From assembly GCF_009914755.1 (NCBI RefSeq), contig NC_060939.1: a stretch of 64,000 nt of DNA, one strand, 5' to 3'. The notes below the pieces were generated by a model, which was not told the DNA's origin, searched no databases, and saw only the letters and a program-made list of their open reading frames with translations. Every line of letters starts with the position of its first letter. Within the stretch, counting starts at the first letter, position 1. Source of the DNA: the human T2T-CHM13v2.0 reference genome, Homo sapiens. Positions 12,905 to 26,940 of the stretch are shown here, piece after piece. The position numbers and the translations under genes were made by a program.

Positions 12905-13739
12905 GTAGACTAGTGGATGATAATTTTTGGAACATCATACAATAGAATACTACTCACCAATAAAAAGAATTCACTACTGATAAATTCAAAAACTTAGATG
13001 AATATTCAGAGCATTATGGTAGAGAAAGAATCCCAACACACACAAAAAGGCATGCTCTATGATTCCATTTATTTAAAATTCTTAAAAAAAGCAAAACTTT
13101 GGGGACATAAAGGAATACCTGTGGTGGGTAATTTATAAAGGCATTCCTTTATAGCAACACAAATGGACTAAGCCACTACTGTATCAAAAAGTTTTCTCTT
13201 GCCGCCTTGCAGTCAAGCCTCTCCCAGTCCCTGTCAACAACGGATCTGATTTATGGAGGTTGATTTGGCTCACGTTTCTGCAGGCTGTAGAGGAAGAATG
13301 GCACCAGCATCTGCTTCTGCTCAGAACCTCAGGTTGCTTCCACTCATGGTGGAAGGCAAAGGGGAACTGGCATGTGAGGATCACATGATGAAAGAGAAAG
13401 CAAAAGAGAGGAGAGGTGCCAGACTCTTTTTAACAACCAGCTCTTGCAGGAACTAACAGAGCAAGAACTTATTACCTCGAGGATGGCACCAAGGCATTCT
13501 TGAGGGATCCACTCCAATAACCCCAACACCTCCCATTAAGCCCCACCTCCAACATTGGGGATGAAATTTCAACGTGCACTTTGGGGGACAAACATCCAAA
13601 CTACAGCAAGTGGAAACGTTCTGTAAATTGATCATGGTGATTATTACATGACAATATAAATTTGTTAAAACTCATTGAAATGTACATTAGACATAGTAAT
13701 ACGTGTTGCATGTACATTATACCTCAATAATCCTAAAAT
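12905..13739 (+). mobile_element. Old L1M 3'UTR, interrupted by MSTB and locally rearranged
   Basis: atacaatagaatactactcaccaataaaaaagaat...ctctatgattccatttat...gcaaaact; resumes at ggaaacgttctgtaaattgatc...cattatacctcaataa. Confidence 0.75.
13108..13608 (-). mobile_element. MSTB MaLR solo LTR with its 3' terminus rearranged/inverted
   Basis: gatttggctcacgtttctgcaggctgt...ggggacaaacatccaaactacagca; the terminal piece lies inverted at 13141-13175; 5-bp TSD agtag (as ctact 13176-13180) / agtgg (13609-13613). Confidence 0.88.
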
Positions 13740-13756
13740 GAAAGTGAACCTGCAGT

Positions 13757-15622
<1,866 letters not shown>

Positions 15623-16150
15623 GAAAGTGAACCTGCAGTAAATAAGCATACAAATTATACTCAAAAATGTATTAACATAAATTTATGTTTTCTCATAAAA
15701 GGAAACAGAAATGTCCCTACAGAAAACTTTGCACCTTGCCCGTCTTCTAATGTGCCCTCCACTTCTGCTTTTCTCTATATTATGAGGAGCAAAAATATAT
15801 AATTTTCACATAAATCAAGAAGGAAAAGTGATGGACAGAAAGAGTCGAACATATGTGTCCACAAGTGAATCAAATTTAGTGCCTTTCTAAGATGTTTTTC
15901 TCCAAAATTCTTTCCTATCTTAACCACAACAACAAAAGTTGCAACATTGTTTTCTTGCTGTTTTTTTCAGAAATCTGGGTTCTGGAATACTATTGTAGTT
16001 TATACAATTCTAAGAAAGAAGTTCTAGAATTATATGCCAGTGCATTTCAACAATAACAAAATAGTTCTAGCGGCTGAAACCTAGAGAAGTGGGAGAACCG
16101 AGAAAGGTTTCAGATACCGTATTTATTCAGACTCAAGAATGCACAGTTGA

Positions 16151-16513
<363 letters not shown>

Positions 16514-16556
16514 TTAGAATCCCCAGTCTGTGACCTCTTAAATATTTAATTAATAT

Positions 16557-16560
<4 letters not shown>

Positions 16561-16596
<36 letters not shown>
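16561..16596. repeat. (AG)18 microsatellite
   Basis: Directly visible. Confidence 0.95.
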
Positions 16597-16599
<3 letters not shown>

Positions 16600-16724
16600 G
16601 GGACTGAAAAAGAGAGAAGTGAGACCAGGCAGCTAAATCATCCTTACCTGATTTTCAAATGCAATTCATAAGTAATATAGGCCTATAATTACCTTTCCTT
16701 GTGCCATCTTTATCTAGCTTTTAA

Positions 16725-16940
16725 TGTGTGCACGTGAACATAGAAAGTGGAAAAATAGACACGGGAGACTCAGAAACGTGGCGGGGAGGGGAGCAGGGGT
16801 GAGGGATGAGAAATTACCTGACTGGTACAATGTACACTATTCAGGTGATGGTTACACTAAATGCCCAGATTTCACCACTATGTAATGTAAGAATGTAACA
16901 AAACTGTACTTGTACCCCCTAAGTCCATTAGAAAAAAGAA
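16725..16940 (+). mobile_element. L1PB-like 3' end
   Basis: gggtgagggatgagaaattacct...cagatttcaccactatg...tgtacttgtaccccctaa. Confidence 0.8.
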
Positions 16941-16944
16941 ATTG

Positions 16945-17200
16945 AATGAGTTGGGAAGTTTACCCTCCTTGTTTCTAAAACCTATATATAAAACAGTAAT
17001 TTTCTTTCCTTGAAAATTTGTTAGAACTCTCGCATAAAGCCTCCTTTGTCTAGGATTTTTGGGGACTTGGGATGGGGATGAGAGTCTTTGATTACCATTT
17101 CAAAAACAAATGTTCTCTTTCTTCTTGTACTAATTTTGTGAATTTTATATTTTTCAAGAAACCTAGAACATCTAAATTTTAAAAAATATTTATTAATAGT
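16945..17200 (-). mobile_element. Old L1M ORF2 fragment
   Basis: The minus translation FLEKYKIHK...PKSPK...GFMREF resembles ORF2p. Confidence 0.5.
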
Positions 17201-19254
17201 CATTTTTAAATTATTTTGTGAAAGAAGATTCTAGGTTACAGCCCTCCAGAGAACTTCAGAAGCCCTCTGATATCACAGTCTATGCCCTTCTTGGCACCAA
17301 TCTTGCTCAAGTCCTGATTCTCTCCATTCTAGTACCTAACCTTCAAGACAGAGAAGGTGTTCTTGGCTAGTAAGCATTGAAATCAAAGAGCGTTGTAAAA
17401 AGCAATTATCTCCCTGCTCAGTCTTATGTAAGTTTTCCTTCTGTTGATAGATCGTCGGGGTTTTCCACAGCTTGAAAAGCAGAGAAATTGAGTAGGACAT
17501 TCAAAGGTAGCAAATGTGCACTCAGGATTATGGAAAGAAATAATAGCATAGAACACCTTCATTTCCAGGGTCCCCATAGCAAAGACCCACTTCTGTGAAA
17601 GACCCTCCTGAGATACAGGCAAATAAGATAATTCTTGACTAAAGACAGTTTTAATCCCATCTATTAAAAGGAAGAGCCACTTAGTGCTGCACTCCAAATG
17701 TTCCCTTCCCCTTCATGTTCAACTCTGGAGTTTCAGCTTTCATCCTCACTTCTAAAGTTCTGGTTCTCCAACATCCTAATGAAAATGTATAATAGTTTTA
17801 AAAATATACGTAATCCAGATATCAGCTGGCATTGACCTATTTCTTAGTATCTAGATAAAGATAGATTAAAATGTTCACATTATGGATGGTAAAAAAAAAA
17901 AAATACAATCTTAAGCAGCATCCTAAGCATTTCTGCCCATTTCTGGGGCAGGGGTGGGGTGAGGTGGGGGCTCTCGGATGGCTGCTTCTACCTCTGCCTC
18001 TGCTGAGTGAGTAGTGGAGACCAGGGATCCACTCACCATCTACTCCCAACTAATTCAACCCTGCTCTGCCCTGGGCTGTACTTTTCTTTAATTTCTACCC
18101 AACACACCCTCCAATCAAGGCATTTGAAGTGAATAGAAAATATTATTGAAGGTTTTAGAAAAATCTACATTGTACAACATAAATGTAAAAATCAATAATA
18201 AATATTTGTATTGCTAAAGGTCCCTTGGCCATTTCTTCTTTGATGTGGGTACCAGCCTCCCTTCATGTTGTTGCTTCTCTGCTCTTCTTTCTGCTTCCAT
18301 TTTGCTTCCCCCTCCACCTTCAGCCCCATTTAAATTCCTGTTCGTTCCCAGGGCATACTACATCATTAAAACGAGTTTGCTTTGGCTCCTGCAAACCCCA
18401 CATACCACCTTATGATCTCACCTTTGCTTCAAGTAGCTTATCCAGGTATTTTTGCTCTTCTAAATATATCTGTAGCTATATTTCAAGACATCACCATTGG
18501 ATCAACTTTAAGATTTGGGTACATCTGCTCTGTGAAATTAAGTGATACCTTTTTTCTTTCCTTTTTTTCATCCTTTTCCCCATCCCATACTCCTTCCATT
18601 TTTACCTCTCCTTTTAGTGTCCTATGTCACCTCCTTGCCATCATCCCATTTAAAAGAGAAAAGTATTAAATGTTTCATTTTCGTAGTGACTTGTTTGCAC
18701 CATCTCTAGCTAACAGCCAAATGTGAGCTAATGCTATGATGTTTCCTTTTTCTCTGGGGTATTTGCATTCTAGTAAAAGAGCTAGAATGTTGCCAAGCCA
18801 ACCAAAGCGAGTAAATATGGGGACATCCCGAAATTGAGCATTGGGCACAGTTACCTAAAAATAAGAGCACTCCCATTGGCCAACATTGGGTAAGACCAAC
18901 AGGTTAGTCTTCCTCTAAACAAGAGATGTGATTTAGAGGAGTCCAAAACTAAGGAAAAAGTAGACAGATGTTGTGACCTGTCTCCATATCTATTAGAATC
19001 TCAGCATCTTAACCAAAGGGCACCTAGATTATGGTGTGCAGCCCAATTACTCATAACCAAGGGGCCTGTTCACTCTGCAGAAGAGGGCCTGGGGGAAAAG
19101 TCTTTGCTATGAGGTGTCAGAGTGTGTATTACCCCCAGTAAGGGGAGCTTGCTCTTCCCAGGTCTCTGCCCCCAGCAGAGTCATCTTTCCTTCCCCTGAA
19201 CTCACCCAGGGGTGCTTCATCTACACCTCCCTCATGCTCTTACCCTCCTTCTAC

Positions 19255-19735
19255 CTTGTCACATTGCCTTTGCACCTTTGCTCCCTGTTAGAAGTGAGTT
19301 TCCTGAGGGCCTTGGTACTTGCTCTCCTCTCAGATAAATGTGTGTCTGCTCAAATGACATCTCAGAAAGGCCTTTCCTAACCAGCCTATGTAAAAACAAT
19401 ACATTCTCTATCCCTATCATCTCTCTTCCCATTTCCTGTTTTATTTATATTTATGTTCTTACCACTAATTGCCATATGATCTACTTATTTGTTTGGGCTT
19501 TCTTCTTGTCTGTCTCCCAAATGCACTCCCTGGAATACAAATCCCTGAGAAAAGAGACTTTATTGTGTACCCTGCTCTGTTTCAAGCTTGCAAAATAGAG
19601 CCTGATACACAGTAGGTACTGAATATTCATTAAATGGATGAACAAATCAATCATATTTATTCATCCATCTATGTATCCCCCACAATACTTAATTCAGGGC
19701 TTAGCATTTCTTGAGAACCTAGTAATTGTTGAAGG
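19255..19735 (+). mobile_element. L2 3' fragments
   Basis: ctcaaatgacatctcagaaaggcctttcctaacc...gagcctgatacacagtaggtactgaatattcattaaatggatgaa. Confidence 0.7.
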
Positions 19736-19835
19736 GAGGAAAGGGGAAAAGGTGGTAGTGAATAAAAAGGGAGAGAAAGATGGGTGAGAAGGAAGGGAGA
19801 GGGAAGGAGAGAGGAAGGAGGGAAGACAGAAGGAC
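19736..19835. repeat. GA-rich low-complexity tract
   Basis: Run of ggaa/ggga units. Confidence 0.8.
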
Positions 19836-20489
19836 TAAATGGCTGAATAAGTGAATAAATGAATAGTTTCTACATAAGCAACATGTCACCTTGGGAAATT
19901 ATGAGAAAGAATGCAAGTGTCATTAAAAACAACTGGTGCAAGAAAGAAGAGGCCCAGATAGTTGCTCATTTCCTCGGTAGAGTGATTTACTGCTGAGAGT
20001 CAAGATGCAAGGAAAATTACTGTAGGAAAACTCCATCCTACAGTCTGGCCAAGTGAAATATTAGACAATGTTAGGCATTAGCACTGCTTGGCCAAGAGCC
20101 ACGGAACTAATTGTTACTGGTTGTTTGAGCCTCTTAAGATTATACCATTAAAACCTTGCATTTTTAATAAAATGAATACAAGTCTAAGAGCCCCATAATT
20201 AGAGATGGTCTAGCAAATTAAGAAAAGTACCTTTTTAAAAAAGAATAAATGAAGAAATTGAACCAGTCCAGGAAACTATTCAACTGCCCCTGTATAGGAT
20301 CAATTCATATTTTCTCTCTGCCTTTTAAAATATCTTTTGGCCATAAAGCCATTCCTCTTCAGCCCCATGTAAGTCTTATCAGCCAAGCCATGCTGATTAG
20401 CCTTCATGTTCCAGCTGTTCTACCATTAGGTCCATGTGAAGATGCTGATGAACAACAGAAAGACACTGAAGGTATCCATGAGATAGTAA

Positions 20490-20722
20490 ACCACAGTGCC
20501 TAAGAGTTCGGGATCTGCAATCAGATCCCTGGATTCATACCCTGGATCTGTCTTTTAAATGCTGTGTGACTTTGGGCAAGCTATTTGATCTCTTAAGTCT
20601 CAGTTTTTAACAGTAAAGTGTGGATAATAACATCTAGCTCATAGGGTTGTAATCAATATAGTATATTCAAGTACTTAATATAGCTCCTAGCAAATAATGT
20701 GTCCAGTGAATGTTAGCTGTGT
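20490..20722 (+). mobile_element. MIR
   Basis: gctgtgtgactttgggcaagctatttgatctcttaagtctcagtttt...aatgttagctgtt. Confidence 0.8.
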
Positions 20723-23196
20723 TCTGATTTATTTGTATTTATCCTTTTTTCTCCTTTGACAAGATAAATTCCTTGGAGACATAGCCATGTCTTCTCTTTC
20801 CTTGATAATGATTCATTCTAGCCAATGAAATATCCTGAAAAAAAGTGTGTACTCACTTCAGGTGACTCCATCCCCAATCAGTAATCTCCACTTATGTTTT
20901 CCTAAGGAGAGCATCCAGTTGTGAAACTATTAGAAAGACCATGGTTTTGCAGGCGGTTAGTATGCGTCTGCAACTTATTTTCAGGTGATATTCTGATCCC
21001 CATAATTTCTTTTTCAATTTTTCTCTTTCTCTCCGTATTGCTGTCATCTTTGACTTCAATTCCCTTACTTCAAAAACTTACATTAAATATTTGCAACCAT
21101 ACTGTTTCCACTGGTTCATGTGTACTCTCCTATGAAATTCAAATCACATTTTCCCATAAAACACAAATGCCTAATTGATGAAGGATAATGTGACTTCCCA
21201 AGATAGGAGCCCTGATCTCTCCACCCCTCCCACTTCCTGAAGAGTCAAAATGCTACTCCTTTCTCAGAAGGGATGCAAACAAGCAGGGTCGACACCTTGC
21301 CCTAGAATACTTCAGCCTGAAGGTGAGATAGCCGTGCTGACCGCCTTGACCCTGTCTGCAGTCCTGCTGAGTGATCTTTCCAGGCCAAATGTTCTCTCTT
21401 GCCCTTGTTGAAGCTGTAAGAAACCATTCTATCAGCTACACCAACTTCAGCCCATTAATTTTGCCTGCTTTCATGCCCCAGATCCAACAAGAGAGGGATC
21501 ATACTGCAGAAGCAAAAAGGAATCTGCCACCCATTATGGTGCCCATGTGCACTGTGGCAATGGGAAGACTTCTATAGGAGGAGAATCAAGAAATATTGAG
21601 ATTAAAAAAAAAAAAAGGCTAATTTAAGCCTGCACATGCCCAGAAAAAGGCTCCCAGGTAATAGTTTGACAAACACAATGCATTGGGAAAAAAATGATAA
21701 ACTTGAGGATTCAGAAAAACAAGGGCACAGTTAGTTTCTAAAGAACAAAGTCACATTTGGAGGTTGCTGAGATAATTCCAGTTGCAATGCATTCCCTGTG
21801 GAGGGAAAATCTGGGTTCAAGCAGAAATGCTCCCTACATCTTGAGTATCTAAAAACTTGGATTTACTCGAACTTTTAGGCTAACCATCTGCCAGAAGTTT
21901 AAGCCTGTTTTCTTATATAATCAAAACCTGGGTGCAGCTGGTATTAATAATACATCTGTATTACCCATAATTGCTTCAAGCTTCATTTTGGCACGATTAA
22001 GGACAATCATAATCCTTTGAAAAGTCCATAGTTTATTCTGTTTAAAGCTACTGTTAGAGTTAAAACATTTTCATTTTTCTCCATTCAATTAATCTGAAAT
22101 CAAACATGCATTTCTTTTGATTGTGTCAACTTTTATCTTTCATTTCATATACCAAAGTAGTAAGTTTGAGTATTTAGCAGATATAAATAGATTTATATAT
22201 TTTGGTTGCTAAATACCTTAAAAATCCTTAAAATATGCAAAATAGTATCACACTTATGCAAAGGTCATATGTAAAGTGGCTTCAGCCATCTGGGTGGAAG
22301 CTAAGAACTCACAAATAATTGAAGGTCAGAGTCTCTGGCATAAAAAATAGAGGTTGATTATTGCAACTATAGCAGCCCAGTGGGCTTCTGTTGTTTCTTT
22401 ACTGCCAACTGGTCACAGCTGTGAGCAGACAAAACCAGACAGTCTGCCAAAGGGTAGGGGTTATCACTGCCAGTACCCTCCAAAGACAGTCATCACTCTA
22501 TTTTCAGGCATTTTCTCACACTCCTAGTTTCACATATTTCACTATCATTCTGCACTCATGACTTCTTTGGAAATAATGAGAACCCCCTCAACAAGACTCA
22601 CTCTTTCCCACCTTTAGCAGAAGAACTGACTCTACTCATCTCTTGGTGCACTTTCAAGGTATACCTTCTGCATCCTTGAGGAGGAGGAAAAGGCCAAAGA
22701 ATGATGTTAGTGTTACTGCCTTTCCTTTCCCTACATACAGCTGCAAAAATGCCAATCTATGACCCAGCCCTCCAGTGCTCAGCTTTCTTAAAAGGACTAT
22801 AGTAAACTCTAACTCACCTGCATACCATACTTCCAAAACCAAAGCATCTTTTATATCCTTCAAATCGTTCAAGCTTCCACCAAGAGGGAAGTCTTCTCTT
22901 TCTGATATATGCAATCAGCATCCCTTTACCTGTGTGCTACAACCACTCTTCTCAGTATCCCAGTCTTCCCAAGAAAATATGCAGATTATCTGAGGCCACT
23001 TAGCCAGAGGCTGACTTTTCCTTCTCCTAGGTTGAAACAAAATGCTTTGCCAAGTGGCTCTAGCATACTTGATCGCCCTCTTTATCACTGAACCATGCAC
23101 ATCCTAAGACATAGCTCTTGTCATGGGCCAACTGTGTTCAGGGCAATGATCCTCCCATGCTATCTATAAGATACTAACACCTGCAACAACCATACC

Positions 23197-23532
23197 TGTA
23201 TTAGTCCGTTCTCATGCTGCTAATAAAGACATACCCGAGACTGGGTATTTTATAAAGGAAAGAGGTTTAATTGACTCACAGTTCAGCATGGCTGGGGAGG
23301 CCTCAGGAAACCATCAATCATGGCAGAAAGGGAAGCAAACACACCCTTTTTCACATGGTGGCAGCAAGGAGAAGTGCAGAGTGAAGCGGGAGGAAAGCCC
23401 CTTATAAAACCATCAGATCTCATGAGAACCCATTCCCATGATTCAATTACCTCCCACAGGGTCCCTCCATGGGGATTATGGGAACTATAGTTCAAGATGA
23501 GATTTGGGTGGGGAAACAGCCAAACCATATTA
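23197..23532 (-). mobile_element. THE1C-like solo LTR
   Basis: tgtattagtccgttctcatgctgctaataaagacatacccgagactggg...cagccaaaccatatta; 5-bp TSD atacc/atgcc at 23192-23196 and 23533-23537. Confidence 0.92.
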
Positions 23533-23747
23533 ATGCCGGAGACAGGCTTAGGGGTCCTGTTGATAATGCCACTGGGAGGTTGCTGAGGCTCCCCTGTCTT
23601 ACAGCAATAGACTCAAGTCAGAACAAGGCTTTCTATGGCTGTCCTCCTACTACATGGGCCAGACCATACATCAAACTGACACAACTGGCACATGGTGATT
23701 ATTAGTAAAAGATGAGTCCAAAATGGTATTCTATTGAGAATAAGGAG

Positions 23748-24141
23748 TGATATAGTTTGGATGTTTGTCCCCGACCAAATCTCATGTTGAATTGTAATCT
23801 CCAATGCTGGAGGTGGGGCCTGATGGGAGGCGTTTGGGTCATGAGGGCAGATGATTCATGGCTTGGTGCTGTCTTCACGATAGTGAGTTTTGCAACATCT
23901 GGTCATTTAAATGTGTGACACCTCCCCCCTCACTCTCTCTTTCTTCTGTTCTTACCACTTTATGTGCTTGCTCCCCTTTTGCCTTCTGCCATAATTGGAA
24001 GCTTCCTGAGGCCTCTTCAGAAGCAGATGCTGCTATGCTTCCTATACAGCCTGCAGAACCGTGAGCCAATTAAACCTCTTTTCTCACAAATTACCCAGTC
24101 TCTGGTATTTCTTTATAGCAGTGCCTGAACAGCCTAATACA
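23748..24141 (+). mobile_element. MSTA LTR
   Basis: tgatatagtttggatgtttgtccccgaccaaatctcatgttg...cagcctgcagaaccgtgagccaattaaacc...gcctaataca. Confidence 0.9.
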
Positions 24142-24870
24142 GAAAATTCTTACCAAGGATTGGGGCATTGCTATAAAGATACCCGAAAATGTGAAAGCAC
24201 CTTTAGAACAGGCAACAAGAAGAGGTTGGAAGAGTTTGAGTGCTCAGAAGACAGAAAAATTAGGGAAAGTTTGCGACTTCTTAGAGACTGGTTAAATGGT
24301 TGTGACCAAAATGCTGATAGTGATATGGATAGTGAAGGCCAGGCTGACAAGGTCTCAGATGGAAATGTGAAACTTATTGGAAACTAGAGCAAAGGTCATG
24401 CACTTTATGCCTTAGCAAAGAACTTGGCTGCATTGTGCCCCTGCCCTAGGTCTCTGTGGAAGTTTGAACTTCAGAGTGAAGATTTAGGGTATTTTGTGGA
24501 AGAAATTTCTAAGTAGCAAAGCATTTACAATGTGGCCTGGCTGCCTCTAACAACCTATGCTCGGAGGCATGAGCAAAGAGCTAACTTAAAGCTGGAAGTA
24601 TATTTAAAGGGGAAGCAGAGCATAAAAATTTGGAAAGTTTGCTGCCTAGGCATGTGGTACAGAAAACAAAAGCATTTTAAGGAGAGGAATTCAAGCAGGC
24701 TGTGAAGCAACCACTTGCTACAGATATTTGCTTAACTAAAACGGAGCCAAGGGCTAATATGTAAGACAATTAGGAAAAGGCCTCAAAGGCACTTCAGAGA
24801 ACTTCATGGCAGCCCTTCCCACCACAGGCCGAGAGTCCTCTAAGAGGAAAGGATGGTTTTGTGGACCAGG
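24142..24870 (+). mobile_element. MSTA-int, 5' part (3'-truncated)
   Basis: gaaaatt...ggggcattgctataaagatacccgaaaatgtg...gaccaaaatgctgatagtgatatgga. Confidence 0.88.
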
Positions 24871-24940
24871 ACTCCAGCCTGGGTAATGAAGCAAGACCCT
24901 GTCTCTAAAAATAAATAAATAAATAATAAAATAAATAAAA
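24871..24940 (+). mobile_element. Alu 3' terminal fragment (AluJ-like) with (TAAA)n tail
   Basis: actccagcctgggtaatgaagcaagaccctgtctct followed by an A-rich tail. Confidence 0.85.
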
Positions 24941-26549
24941 GCACTACTTTGTTTTCTTTATCTATTTCTTCCTTGGGAGAAAGGAGCAATTGTTATCTTT
25001 TTTTTTTTTTGGCCCTTCATATTTATTTACATGTTCCATAAATTATTTTTCTTATAATTATTTTGTAGGTATGCTCTAAGATAAGTTCTCTAAAACAAAT
25101 AAATCTCACTCTACATCTCTTCTTTGCTTTTCCCTATCCTCATTCCTTTTGTTGCTGGATCCTCAAAGGCCTCATTCACCTTTTCACACATTCTCCTTTA
25201 CAGATACTCTCTGCCTCTGTTTCAGCTGACTTGCCTGGCCGGCATATCTGCTGCTAGTTTCACATGAATACATTCTCTTACAACCTTCTTGTTCTAACAC
25301 ATATGACTCTTTTCAAAATCACAGATACATTATTATCCTAAAAGAACTCAAGCCCAAGAATCCACTGAAGTCGTAATTTGAGTGAGAGTTTAGGCATTTT
25401 TTAATTGCCTCAAAACAGGTGAGTTTGGCTTATTTTTTTCAAGTGCAGATGAATTCAGAAGGAAGAGCTTAAGCATGCCCTGCTTAAGAGCACTTTTATA
25501 TTGCTATAACAAATTTACAAGTCCTGACATAATTACTTGTTTTTGCTTTTCTTAGATAATGTATCTGTAAGTTGTTTTTTTTACGAGATGCTTTAGACCC
25601 ATGGCAGTGAAAATCACCTACTTACCCAACCAGCTGTAACAGTCATACATTACCCAAAGAGATAAATCTGAAACAAATACCAGAGGACTGGAAACCTATT
25701 GAGGAGAGGTGTAGAGAATAGTGAGTGAGTTCCAGGGCTAGAATACAGAAGCATACAGTTCGGCCATATGCCTAAAGCAGTTGTGGGAGCTGAGAGGAGC
25801 CCATGTGACCAGAAAGCTGCTGAAGATGTCTTCCAAACTCAGTCAATCCCCACTGCACCAGCTTCCTCCCTCTCCCACCTTCCCCTAACCATTCCAACAG
25901 ATCTCTGGGGAGAGGAGTGGAAATAAGACAGGGGACAAAAGGCAAGCCTCGTATCCAAGGATACCGAGGAAAGGAATAGCAGAGCATAAATTAACCCTAA
26001 AGGGTAAGTCTTCAGTTCCCCCAAAGACTGTAGAAACAGGGCCCACTTCAACCTCTGAAGGAAAATAGAAAGTAAGAAACTGAGGAAGCTAGGGAGAGAA
26101 AGAATCAGAATTCCAGCGGGGGAAGCAAAATGTTCACTCAAAACTAGATATTGTATCATCAGCATTTCTTTTATTCCAAAGTCTTCCACAAAGTTAAGTC
26201 ATATTACTTTCCAAAGCCGGCCTTTGGGTAATTTAAGTACTTCCACCATCGCCACTGGGCAAACTGAAATATATCAGGGAAACAGAGAGTGCATGCACAT
26301 TAGGTGGTGTCAGCCCTTTGTAACTGATCAGCAGCCAGCGTTGAAAACTTTCTTTGCGTAGAATTCAGACCTAAGAGATAGCTGATGAATTTTTTCATTT
26401 CCATGGTTTTTTTTTTATTCCATTGTGTCTCAGAATTAGTGAGGTTTGTTTTTTTTTTTTTTTTTAATGCTGTGTTCTGCTTTTTTTTTTTTCATCTGAA
26501 GGCTGGTAAACAGGCTGCTCCGGCCTCTGGAAATTTATCACAAATAGCC

Positions 26550-26566
26550 CAGCGCCCTCTATCGGC
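26550..26566 (-). promoter_or_regulatory. Candidate CTCF binding motif
   Basis: Minus strand GCCGATAGAGGGCGCTG versus the core consensus GCCACCAGGGGGCGCTA, in non-repeat DNA; binding not shown. Confidence 0.6.
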
Positions 26567-26894
26567 CCCCCTGCCACACTGCCTCTTGATGGCCTCTGCA
26601 GCTACCTCGGTTGTTTTAAACATTCTGCAACCACGGCTCTGCCACAAGTGATAAATTAGTGGCTTCAGAAAAGTACTGTTCGGGTTGAACACAAATCATT
26701 TGATAAACAAAATCAGAAATAAGTAATGGACTCTAAAATCAAGCAGTAAAATTATTTATGGTAGGGTCAATTATGTCATTTTCCTCTTTTGAAAACATTT
26801 ACTTTGATTTTTCTTAAAAAAATGGCTTTGTTACATGGCCGAATTGCCAATAACTGTGGCTTGACACAACTTGCTTCAGAAGCAGACAGTGAAC

Positions 26895-26940
26895 TGACTC
26901 AAATCTAACCAAAGTGACTCAGCAAACAGCACGTGATAAG
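26895..26940. promoter_or_regulatory. Motif cluster: AP-1, ARE/MARE, E-box, GATA
   Basis: TGACTCA 26895-26901; GTGACTCAGCA 26914-26924; CACGTG 26930-26935; TGATAAG 26934-26940. Confidence 0.45.
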
